From: Candidatus Thorarchaeota archaeon
GTDB lineage: Archaea; Asgardarchaeota; Heimdallarchaeia; Hodarchaeales; Hodarchaeaceae
NCBI GenBank assembly: GCA_048882505.1
Contig: JBHLRO010000004.1
Span: forward strand, 1 to 20,092
Direction of reading: 5' to 3'
Length of the DNA: 20,092 bases
Below the pieces are notes generated by a model. The model made no database searches and was not told the origin of the DNA. It saw only the letters and a program-made list of their open reading frames with translations. This document shows, piece after piece, positions 8,275 through 16,396 of the stretch; position 1 is the first letter of the stretch, and the number at the start of each line of letters is the position of its first letter. The position numbers were made by a program, and so were the translations under genes.

Positions 8275-8793
8275 TTAAATTTGTGCAAAGTTATCCTGGT
8301 ACCGCTTTGGCAAGGTTTGGTACTGTTTCGTGGCCCACCAGGCATACTGGTTTTGCTCATCAGTAACTTTCCCAACAATTTTAGCGGGAACACCTAGGGC
8401 TAAACTTCTAGGTTCATACTGGGAGTTGCGCGGAACCACAGCCCCACTTCCAATGATACATTCATCTCCAATTTTAGAAAAATCCATTATAACAGCATTT
8501 ATTCCCACCAAAACATGATTTCCAAGTTCGCTCTGATGAACCACTGCGCCATGTCCAATATGGCAATTATCCCCGATAATGGTTTTTCCATCGGGAATTG
8601 AGTGAATTATGCAAGTATCTTGGACATTCACACCATTGCCGATTTCAATGTGGCCCCAATCACCTCGAAGGATTGCATTAGGACCAATAAAGCAGTTCCG
8701 ACCAATTTTAACGCTGCCGATGATAGTAGCTGTTGGGAACACAAATGTATCAGTAGAAATGTCTGGTTTCTTACTTTCAAATTCAAATTCCAT
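8275..8793 (-). CDS. Gamma-carbonic anhydrase family / PaaY-like left-handed beta-helix protein
   Basis: Hexapeptide repeats, LRGDWG, NVQDTCIIH, HIGHGAVVH (three metal-binding His). C-terminal helix WWATKQYQTL resembles PaaY/CaiE. Confidence 0.85.
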   Translation of the reverse strand: MEFEFESKKPDISTDTFVFPTATIIGSVKIGRNCFIGPNAILRGDWGHIEIGNGVNVQDTCIIHSIPDGKTIIGDNCHIGHGAVVHQSELGNHVLVGINAVIMDFSKIGDECIIGSGAVVPRNSQYEPRSLALGVPAKIVGKVTDEQNQYAWWATKQYQTLPKRYQDNFAQI

Positions 8794-8835
8794 TTTTTAT
8801 CCTCTTTTGCTCTTTATGTGAACATCGAATAGCTG

Positions 8836-10377
8836 TCAGGATGATCTATCTTTGCTGGCCATTACTAAGGCCTCTTGGAGGTACTGCTTGAATTCAGAGA
8901 CCTTCATTCTCTCTTTGAGAGATAAATCAGCTGATTCCCATTTTTTCCTTTCTTTTTCTAGGTTTGCTATCTCTTGATCTAGTCTCTTCACCAAGTGAGG
9001 TAAATTGTAGGTTTCCAGTCTGCTATTTGCGCTTAACAGGAGATCTAGGGCTCTTGTTACGTCGCCTTGAAGGTAGTAATGATATTTTGCCTGTATGATT
9101 TGTTGGGAAATAAAACTAAAGATAGCCCGTGGATTCTTCCGTAAAGGGATTTGACTAATTTTCTGCATTAATTTGTCAATTTGATCGATTGTTTGTTGAT
9201 CACCAGAAAGGCTAAGATCTTCGAACAACAATTCCATTAGATTCAAGGATATCTCGATTTCATCGGGATATGTTACCACTAATTCTTCCAGGAAATCGAG
9301 CGCTTGACTCTTCTTTCGGATTGTCCCATACTTTAAAACCAGAGCTTGTGCATACTTCATATAATTGGTTATTGTTGGATCATCGGGATTAGCTGTACTA
9401 ATTTCATTTAAATCAGTCAGAATTTCCTCTGCCATTTCCAAATCTTGAGGGTCTTTTGAACCCTGAAATCTCGATAAATGAAAATCAAAGATATGGAAGT
9501 GGCCAAAAAAGGTTCTTAATGGTCCACCGTACTGTTTTCGATACGTCAGACTCTCCAGATAAAATTTCAGGGCGGATTCATAACTTCCCTCCTGAACGGC
9601 CAAATATCCTTTCGATGACAATGCATTAGAAATACCATAGATATTATTGTGTTGCCTTGCCACTTCAAGGTATTTTTCTGCGTAATCCTTTGCTTGAATA
9701 AGATCCCCTTGTAAATACCGTATCTCCATCAGACTAGCAAGAGGCCAGATTTGAAAAACATTTCCATATCTCCTAAGGGCGATGAGTGCCTTCTGATGGG
9801 CTTTCCCAGCATCATCAAACTGCCCGTTATTTTGTAATGCTGAGCCTAGATTTACATGAAAGGCTTGGGAAAGATATTCCCCATCTTGAGGTACTTTCGA
9901 ATAAGCAACTATACTTTTTCGCTGGTGTTGAATAGCTTTAAGATAATCCTTTTGGAATAACTCTGAGTTCCAAGCTTGGATCGTCTCAAATCGTCCAAGA
10001 GCTAGGAATTTTTCCCAATCATCTTCAAAGGGTGACCTGTGTATAATTTTTTCCGCAATCTTCAAATGCCTCTCTGATTGACTTTTACTGACGACTGGAT
10101 TGTTAAATCCCATAAAATACGCAAAATAATGTAAACTGATCATCAATTGGAGAAAATCATCCTGTAATAGTTTGTTAGCTTCGTCGAGTTCCGCTAGCTC
10201 TCTTTGCAATTCAGTAAACTGTTGAAAAAGTAAAAGGTAAATTGCAATCCACACTCTGGAGATAGCATGATCCAATGGATTAGTGATCTCCTTTAGGAGG
10301 TTTCTAGCCTGATTGATATCTCCATGATAAAAGATGAGATCGAAAATTCTCTTGGCTTTCTGTGAAAATCGGGGCAT
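8836..10377 (-). CDS. Tetratricopeptide-repeat-like protein (MalT-like TPR region)
   Basis: Repeated helix pairs, e.g. VNLGSALQNNGQFDDAGKAHQKAL, LMEIRYLQGDLIQAKDYAEKYL, KGYLAVQEGSYESALKFYLESL. No catalytic motif seen. Confidence 0.75.
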   Translation of the reverse strand: MPRFSQKAKRIFDLIFYHGDINQARNLLKEITNPLDHAISRVWIAIYLLLFQQFTELQRELAELDEANKLLQDDFLQLMISLHYFAYFMGFNNPVVSKSQSERHLKIAEKIIHRSPFEDDWEKFLALGRFETIQAWNSELFQKDYLKAIQHQRKSIVAYSKVPQDGEYLSQAFHVNLGSALQNNGQFDDAGKAHQKALIALRRYGNVFQIWPLASLMEIRYLQGDLIQAKDYAEKYLEVARQHNNIYGISNALSSKGYLAVQEGSYESALKFYLESLTYRKQYGGPLRTFFGHFHIFDFHLSRFQGSKDPQDLEMAEEILTDLNEISTANPDDPTITNYMKYAQALVLKYGTIRKKSQALDFLEELVVTYPDEIEISLNLMELLFEDLSLSGDQQTIDQIDKLMQKISQIPLRKNPRAIFSFISQQIIQAKYHYYLQGDVTRALDLLLSANSRLETYNLPHLVKRLDQEIANLEKERKKWESADLSLKERMKVSEFKQYLQEALVMASKDRSS

Positions 10378-10691
10378 TATAAAAACGCTACTTCAATTTC
10401 GCTCTTAATTAACGTTCCAATATTTAAGAAGTATTTTGTAGGTTCAAGTTCTCTTCGATTAAAAAGAATTCTATCTACCAATTATTTACGAAACCTAAAT
10501 ACTCTCGATCAGTAATCCGCATGAGAATAGTTTTTCTGGAATTCTTGAAGTTTGAAATTCTGAAAACCAAGAGCCACGTTATAGATTTTACTTAAATAAA
10601 CCCGTTTTTTGTCAAATAAGAACGCATTCGTAGTTCTAGAGAGTCCTCTTAGGTAAGCGTTTTTTTTTCTCAGTCAAAGGTTATTAAAGGC

Positions 10692-10709
10692 AATTAACAA
10701 TTGTTAATT
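10692..10709. promoter_or_regulatory. Perfect 18-bp palindrome, candidate operator for the sulfurtransferase gene
   Basis: AATTAACAA|TTGTTAATT lies between a TATA-like TTATTAAA (10681-10688) and the GGAGG RBS (10718-10722). Confidence 0.4.
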
Positions 10710-10730
10710 CAGCAGAAGGAGGATTCAAAC

Positions 10731-11579
10731 ATGACTTCTCAAGAAAATTTGGTATCAACGGAGTGGGTTCAATCAAATATTCAACAAATAAAGAGGGAAG
10801 ATGGAGAAGTTAGATTAATAGAGGTAGATGTGGACACAAGTGCTTATTCCAAGGGCCATATCGAAGGTGCCATTTCTTGGCATTGGAAAGAAGATTTGAA
10901 TGATCAAACAACTAGGGACATTGTTTCTAAGGATGATTTTGAAAAACTTCTCCAATTGTCAGGGATAACTAGAGATACTACGGTGTTACTGTATGGGGAT
11001 AATAACAATTGGTTTGCAGCTTTTGCATTTTGGTTGTTAAAATACTATGGACACCCAAAAGTTCGTTTAGTTGATGGTGGGCGGAAAAAATGGGAGTTGG
11101 AAGGTCGTGATTTAACAACAGAGATTCCAAATATAATGCCAAGTGACTATCAAATCACAGAGATAAATCAGGGAATAAGAGCGTTACGTGACGATATCGA
11201 GGCAGCGATAAAAAGTGGAGTCCCCATGGTTGATGTCAGGTCACCCAAGGAATATTCAGGGGAAATCCTTGCCCCACCAGGATTAAATGAAACTTGCCAA
11301 CGTGGCGGGCATATACCTGGAGCCATAAACATTCCTTGGTCCAGAGCGGTAAGGGAAGATGGCAGTTACGAAACGCCAGACAAGCTTAGACAGATTTATC
11401 AGATTGATCCTGGAATGGACAAGGCGATTGCTTACTGTCGGATTGGCGAACGGTCATCACATACATGGTTTGCCCTAAAATATTTGCTTGGTCTCCAAGA
11501 TGTTAAGAATTATGACGGCAGTTGGACGGAGTGGGGTAATTTGATTGCTGCACCCATAACAAAAGGCTCTGAACCCTAG
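10731..11579 (+). CDS. Thiosulfate sulfurtransferase (tandem-domain rhodanese, CysA/SseA-like)
   Basis: YSKGHIEGA, LYGDNNNWFAA, DGGRKKW, DVRSPKEYSG, GGHIPGAINIPW, active-site loop YCRIGERS, NYDGSWTEW. True start is probably ATG 10731 (GGAGG 8 nt upstream), not TTG 10701. Confidence 0.93.
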   Translation: MTSQENLVSTEWVQSNIQQIKREDGEVRLIEVDVDTSAYSKGHIEGAISWHWKEDLNDQTTRDIVSKDDFEKLLQLSGITRDTTVLLYGDNNNWFAAFAFWLLKYYGHPKVRLVDGGRKKWELEGRDLTTEIPNIMPSDYQITEINQGIRALRDDIEAAIKSGVPMVDVRSPKEYSGEILAPPGLNETCQRGGHIPGAINIPWSRAVREDGSYETPDKLRQIYQIDPGMDKAIAYCRIGERSSHTWFALKYLLGLQDVKNYDGSWTEWGNLIAAPITKGSEP

Positions 11580-11745
11580 ACCAAGCATATATGGTGCCGA
11601 GATCAGAGGATACTTGTAATCTAATCTCCTATTCCTTTTTTCTAAATTCCACACCATCACGCCTATTGACATCTTCCGCTAGATGGGGGAGCGGACCTTC
11701 TTCTGGGGTGAGGCTTCGTGGATTCATTCTTAGAGTCTACCCAGT

Positions 11746-11924
11746 TCACAAAGATAATAGAGCATTATAGACGACCATATGTTCTTGAAGGGCATCATGA
11801 TCATTTGCAGTGGTCAGAGAGGCACCAATGGCATTGTCTCTAAGCCGTTAGCGATGCCCTCAGCATCGTCTCCCCCAGTATCGGTAATCCTGAGAACTTC
11901 TGCCAGATCTAGTAGGACAGGCTC
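11746..11924 (-). pseudogene. Remnant of a ChrB-like chromate-resistance C-terminal domain (5'-truncated, one frameshift)
   Basis: Joining two frames across a 1-nt deletion at about 11833 gives EPVLLDLAEVLRITDTGGDDAEGIANGLET-x-AIGASLTTANDHDALQEHMVVYNALLSL*. This aligns without gaps to the ChrB C-terminal pattern as I recall it (DPAL..LA.IVR.ADTG..D....A.GL.AI..G.S....DDH..LE.GM..YDALY). Recognised by eye. Confidence 0.65.
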
Positions 11925-11931
11925 TGCCGCT

Positions 11932-12316
11932 TTGGGAGTAAGTGTCTCTACCGTCAAGACAATGATAGACGGGAAACCAATGAAATTTATTATTGTGGTT
12001 ACAGCTGGCAAAGAATTTTTCGGTAAGCTCAAACCAAGCATTTATCGGCGTACTTATGCCACAATGATCCTCTTTGATAAAGGAGATTCGAAATCGTTTG
12101 AGAGATCAGGGGATTTATTCAATGAAATCAAACAAGATATCGCCAGATGTCCCAGTTGTACTTGTCGGGATTAATTCAGAAGTTGAGAGAACAAGCGCAA
12201 AGGAAAAGCAGCAATTGGCCTGGGATCTTGGACTTGATTACTTTGAAACTCATCTGAAGAGAACAAAACAGGTGGATCGGATCGTTAAGTCTCTGATAAG
12301 ACAAGTGATTACGTGA
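11932..12316 (+). pseudogene. Rab/Ras-like small GTPase remnant (no P-loop, +1 frameshift at about 12142)
   Basis: Frame 1: LGVSVSTVKTMIDGKPMKFIIVVTAGKEFFGKLKPSIYRRTYATMILFDKGDSKSFE...EIKQDI. Frame 2 continues PDVPVVLVGINSE...AWDLGLDYFET. Removing G12142 restores one frame. Matches Rab order G2 (TIGVDF), G3 (DTAGQE), LVGNK, FETSA, with degenerate residues. Confidence 0.75.
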
Positions 12317-12342
12317 TATGTATTTTTTCTCTGAAATCGAAC

Positions 12343-12444
12343 TTAAATTACAACATTTCGTCTTCTTCTCACGTAAAACACAGCAAACACAACTATGTAT
12401 CCAAAAAAAAGAGACGTGATGGTTGTAAGTCGATTCTTCAGTAC
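12343..12444 (-). pseudogene. Possible remnant C-terminal membrane anchor of a surface protein
   Basis: Short open segment VLKNRLTTITSLFFGYIVVFAVFYVRRRRNVVI* (TM plus RRRR). In-frame TAGs upstream and no start codon with RBS. Confidence 0.3.
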
Positions 12445-12722
12445 CTAGTTCCTATCCTCAGAGGGGAACCACTCCTAGAATGTTCTAAAACTTGCTTCAG
12501 GGGCTCGTGAATTATAAATCATCTGATAAGCAAGCCTGTTTCTGAGAGGATTCTCGTTGAAGTGGTGAGCGTGTCCATAGGGCAAACACTTAAATGTTTA
12601 GCATTTTCAGAAATTGTAGAATTGAATTATCAAAGCGAAAAAACGTATTTGATATTCATCAGGAAGCTGTGGTAAAAAGCGAGGGGCGCTTCGTGAAAGA
12701 AGTTAAAATGGATGAGGGAAAA

Positions 12723-13550
12723 ATGGGAATACCAAGTGGATTTTATCGTTCAATTAGGCTTAATAGGGCTCGAATAATGACGTTTTCATGTCTTATCTTA
12801 AGTACATTATCTATTATTGCAGTACCATCGCAAGCTTTGCCCGTTCCATCGCGTATAGAACCACTTGATGTCACAGTAAATTTCGAGTTTGCATTTTATA
12901 AATTCAGAACAAACTACGGATTAAAAAAAGTTGAAAGTTCATGGCGAGGCATTCTTGACTTGCATCCTCGGTTCCTGAATGGCAGTTATAATATTAAAGT
13001 TTTAAGACTTGATGTAGAGAATGTTTCATTAATTATCCATGCAGCCTATGTTCTTTGTCAGAGATACGACGGATTTGACAATCCTACTCGCACGATAGAG
13101 GTAGATCCAGTAATTTTTAATGATACAATTGGGAGGGAGTCTGTCTATAGTGGTACCATAATCTACACAAAACTAGGGGGGTCCGTGTGGGCATCGGCCG
13201 AGACAGACTGGAATCCAGTCCCGTATTGTTCATACGAAGCCTTTACTAACTATAGCGTTTTTGGGTACTGCACTTTTTCAGCGGAGCTAGAAATAAAGAA
13301 CAAAAGTATAAATTGGGGCCAAAACCTTTCATTATGGGCTGAAATTGAGTTTACGTATCACGGATTTCAAGATTCTGGCTTCTATCAATTTTTACAAGAG
13401 AGACATAGACAAAACATCCAAATAAAGAACTTTTGGAAAGTTATGATCCCCTGCGTCGGTTTATTCATTTTAGGATCTCTATTCACGGGATTATGGGTTC
13501 TGTTTAATCGAGGGAAGAAGCGGAAGAAATCTCCAGAAAACACGCTCTAG
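12723..13550 (+). CDS. Hypothetical type I membrane / surface glycoprotein
   Basis: Signal-like RIMTFSCLILSTLSIIAVPSQA. Six N-x-S/T sequons (NGS, NVS, NDT, NYS, NKS, NLS). C-terminal TM plus RGKKRKK. Start uncertain: ATG 12723 (after GAGGG) preferred; 12708 or 12594 possible. Confidence 0.75.
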   Translation: MGIPSGFYRSIRLNRARIMTFSCLILSTLSIIAVPSQALPVPSRIEPLDVTVNFEFAFYKFRTNYGLKKVESSWRGILDLHPRFLNGSYNIKVLRLDVENVSLIIHAAYVLCQRYDGFDNPTRTIEVDPVIFNDTIGRESVYSGTIIYTKLGGSVWASAETDWNPVPYCSYEAFTNYSVFGYCTFSAELEIKNKSINWGQNLSLWAEIEFTYHGFQDSGFYQFLQERHRQNIQIKNFWKVMIPCVGLFILGSLFTGLWVLFNRGKKRKKSPENTL

Positions 13551-13630
13551 TCGTATTAAGAAGAAACAAATTCCAGTAGTATTGAGGATTTTCATATGGA
13601 TTTAACTCGTGAAGAGTGGGTGATCAAATA

Positions 13631-14380
13631 ATGCGGAATGCGTCATCTTGGAAAAATATCTGGTTGATTCTAATAGGTTCATCTTTTTTCTTGATTCTAT
13701 TATTTCCTATTTGGATTTCAGCAGGCACAGGGTATGCAGAAGTGTATTATGACGGACCAATTGTCCCATACCCCTATAATTTGACAAGTACTACTTTTAC
13801 AACATATACTTGGACTACAAATGTACATCTAGCCGCGGCTCCCGAAATATATGAAATTTCTTTGACGCTCCCATTTGAATTTAGTTCTCAAAACTCAGAG
13901 GAGGCAAATGGGGGAAAAGGGAGTTTTGTTGTGGCAGTCACATATTTTGTTAATGGAAAGCGCTTGTTCCAAACTTTGGATTCCAACGGGACGATTTCGA
14001 CCTATGACCACGGATTTTATCACGCTGCAATCGGAGCCGGTTTCCGTGGGATTTTTTCGAACGAATATCTAAGTCAAAGGCCAAACTATGATTCATTCAG
14101 GCTGGGGTGGAACGAAATCATGGTCAAAGCAGATTTTTGGACTGAGATCATAGAGTCGGGACAAGGAGCCTCTCTCCTCACGATAGGCCCTTTCCTCGTT
14201 CTCAAGCGCCCCAACCGTTCTGTGGATGGGATCGCAGAGGAAGCGAAGATTCCCTTCTTTCGGGGCATTCAAGCGTATTTTCTGCAATCACTAGTAATTA
14301 TTGTCTCATTACCGCTGGCCTTGGTACTCCATAAGAGCATTGAACGAATTACGAATAAAACCCACAATGAGTCGGAGTAA
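13631..14380 (+). CDS. Hypothetical membrane-anchored surface protein (N- and C-terminal hydrophobic helices)
   Basis: ATG 13631 follows GGTGAT. N-terminal IWLILIGSSFFLILLFPIWISAG, beta-rich Thr/aromatic middle with sequons NLT, NGT, NRS, and C-terminal AYFLQSLVIIVSLPLALVLHK. Confidence 0.75.
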   Translation: MRNASSWKNIWLILIGSSFFLILLFPIWISAGTGYAEVYYDGPIVPYPYNLTSTTFTTYTWTTNVHLAAAPEIYEISLTLPFEFSSQNSEEANGGKGSFVVAVTYFVNGKRLFQTLDSNGTISTYDHGFYHAAIGAGFRGIFSNEYLSQRPNYDSFRLGWNEIMVKADFWTEIIESGQGASLLTIGPFLVLKRPNRSVDGIAEEAKIPFFRGIQAYFLQSLVIIVSLPLALVLHKSIERITNKTHNESE

Positions 14381-14388
14381 AGAATAGG

Positions 14389-14562
14389 TTGAGCTCACCG
14401 AGAGTGATAATCCTTCTCATGTTGGGTCTTTTGTTCATCGTTCTTCCTACTTCAATAAGTTTCATTGAGCGATCTAGCGGAGTGAGGGACTTTGGCGAAT
14501 CATCTTTCCTGGATAATCCATTGAACAGATACAAATGGTCAAAACGCCTTCCATACCACTGA
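14389..14562 (+). pseudogene. Short ORF (57 aa) with signal-peptide-like N-terminus; truncated secreted protein or small membrane protein
   Basis: TTG 14389, 8 nt after the previous stop: MSSPRVIILLMLGLLFIVLPTSISFIERSSGVRDFGESSFLDNPLNRYKWSKRLPYH*. Below the ORF-track length cutoff. Confidence 0.4.
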
Positions 14563-15003
14563 TGGGAAAAACCTAGAATTTGACGATGAAAAATGACGCG
14601 AAATCGAGTTCTGAGTCCGAGCGTCAGCTATTGCAAAAATTGCGCATATTAAACGTTGTATTTCCTCTGGTAAGGCAAATTCTTCTCCAAATTTAGAACC
14701 AAAAGATTCTAGAATAAACCTGTTTATAGCTTCACCCGTCTCAGAGAGTGGGGCAAGAAGGGCGGCATAGGCTTCCATAAGCTCATCGCGTGCCTCTAAT
14801 CCAAATTTAACATGAGAATACGTAACGTTGCAATGTTGAAGCTAAATGACAGTTTTGTCTGGGTCACGGATGGCTGATTGGACACCGTCCCTTGCACGCG
14901 TCTCATCACCTGGTAAATGGTCAATGCGTTCAGCCCAAACAATCATTTGAAAACGAAGGCTCCATTCCGATGAGCGAAAACAGGGGCCAATTGATGCTTC
15001 CAT
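14539..15003 (-). pseudogene. Unidentified 154-codon reading frame interrupted by one TAG (14844-14842)
   Basis: MEASIG...MIVWAERIDHLPGDETRARDGVQSAIRDPDKTVI*LQHCNVTYSHVKFGLEARDELMEAYAALLAPL...VVWKAF*. Composition is protein-like but I do not recognise the family. Confidence 0.35.
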
Positions 15004-15275
15004 TTGGTGATCCAAAAGGTCCTAAAATCGTCTAGAATCTCGAAAGACTGACTATAGATATTCTAAAGGAAATATTCAGTTTTTCCTCGAATAGATGACT
15101 TAACATCATCAAGGGGTGAATTCACTTCATTCAGCCTCATTTAGATCGATACAAGATAGTTCTAATAAATTTAATCATTTTACCGGCGAAAGTTCGGTTC
15201 CAAAAAAAAGATAAAAAAAAAGAAAAAAAGATACTCAATAGCAAACACAGAGATTTTTTCTCTAGTCTAGGAGAG

Positions 15276-16394
15276 ATGGTTACTGTGAAAAATCACGATC
15301 TTTGGAATAATGAGTATTTCGGAACGGAACCGCCTTCCATTATTTATGAGCTGAAACCCCTACGGAATCCCAAAACCGAGGAGGCCATAGATGGCCTTCA
15401 TTCTGCATGGATCACTTTGAACAATCCCGGCCAGTTGAACTCCTACACGACAAGGATGGTGAAAGGAGTAATTGCGGGGTTCTCGCGAGCATCAATGGAT
15501 CGTAGTGTAATTGCAGTTGTGTTTACGGGCGTAGGGGATAGGGCATTCTGCTCGGGTGGAAATACCAAAGAATACGCAGAGTATTATTCGGGAAAACCAA
15601 CCGAATACGGGTTATATATGGATCTATTCAATGCAATGGTCGATGCGATCCTCAACTGCAAGAAACCTGTGATTTGTAGAGCCAACGGGATGCGTGTTGC
15701 AGGTGGGCAAGAAATCGGAATGGCGGCTGATATTACAATTGCAGCGGATACTGCACTATTTGGCCAGGCTGGCCCAAGGCACGGATCGGCCCCTGATGGT
15801 GGATCAACCGATTTTCTACCTTGGATGCTTTCTATTGAAGATGCCATGTGGAACTGCGTATCGTGTGAGCTATGGAGTGCATATAAAATGAAACGGTTGG
15901 GAATGGTAACGAAGGTAGTACCCGTACTAAAACAGAACGGAAATTATATACGCAATCCCACAGTCATAACCGACCAATACGTGGAGGATGGAGATATAGT
16001 GTATGGGGAGTTCCTTACCGGAGGTGCCTATCATGAGGGTCGCTCACTTCTTAAGAGCTGCCAAATAGACCTTAGCCTGCTAGATAATGCAGTGGATGAA
16101 ACCATTTGGTCATTTGCGAATTTATTTCCTGGGTGTTTGATAAAATCTATCGATGGAATCCGAATGAAGAAAAAATACTTCTGGGATCAAACAAAACTCG
16201 CTAACAGGCATTGGCTTTCTGTCAATATGATGACAGAAGCTATGCTCGGATTTAGAGCCTTTAATGAAAGCAAACAGACAGGAAAAGATGTTATCGACTT
16301 CATTACCTATAGGAAACTCTTGGCCAAGGGCCATCCTTTTGATCAGGAGCTTATCGAGGCTGTCCTTCCTGTTCCAAAGCAAGAAGGAGGCTAA
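15276..16394 (+). CDS. oah: 6-oxocyclohex-1-ene-1-carbonyl-CoA hydrolase (ring-opening crotonase; Oah/BamA/BzdY)
   Basis: AWITLNNPGQLNSYTT, RAFCSGGNTKEYAEYY, KPVICRANGMRVAGGQEIGM, FGQAGPRHGSAPDGGSTDFLP, SCELWSAYKMKRLG, WLSVNMMTEA. About 370 aa, the long Oah-type crotonase. Confidence 0.92.
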   Translation: MVTVKNHDLWNNEYFGTEPPSIIYELKPLRNPKTEEAIDGLHSAWITLNNPGQLNSYTTRMVKGVIAGFSRASMDRSVIAVVFTGVGDRAFCSGGNTKEYAEYYSGKPTEYGLYMDLFNAMVDAILNCKKPVICRANGMRVAGGQEIGMAADITIAADTALFGQAGPRHGSAPDGGSTDFLPWMLSIEDAMWNCVSCELWSAYKMKRLGMVTKVVPVLKQNGNYIRNPTVITDQYVEDGDIVYGEFLTGGAYHEGRSLLKSCQIDLSLLDNAVDETIWSFANLFPGCLIKSIDGIRMKKKYFWDQTKLANRHWLSVNMMTEAMLGFRAFNESKQTGKDVIDFITYRKLLAKGHPFDQELIEAVLPVPKQEGG

Positions 16395-16396
16395 TT

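Noticed and set aside
8330-8832. Plus-strand ORFs 8330-8518, 8602-8832 and 8609-8821
   Set aside because: Antisense shadows of the gamma-CA gene.
11475-11672. 65-aa minus-strand ORF
   Set aside because: Overlaps the sulfurtransferase 3' end antisense; no motif or RBS.
11779-11931. N-terminal part of ORF 11779-12174 (GIMIICSGQRGT) as a degenerate P-loop
   Set aside because: Too far from the LGV motif for a small GTPase. The stretch is better explained as the antisense strand of the ChrB-like remnant.
12313-12510. 65-aa plus-strand ORF after the GTPase remnant
   Set aside because: No motif or RBS, low-complexity; the opposite strand looks more coding-like.
13875-14534. ORFs 13875-14072, 14086-14268, 14093-14287 and 14349-14534
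   Set aside because: Nested in or antisense to the surface-protein ORFs.
14842-14844. Genome-wide TAG recoding or selenocysteine use
   Set aside because: panE, the sulfurtransferase and the AlkZ-like gene all end in TAG at family-typical lengths, so TAG works as a stop. No convincing in-frame TGA plus SECIS was seen.
15201-15232. A-rich tract upstream of oah (repeated AAAAAAAG units)
   Set aside because: Low-complexity promoter or terminator-like DNA; no spacers or regular period, so not a CRISPR or VNTR.
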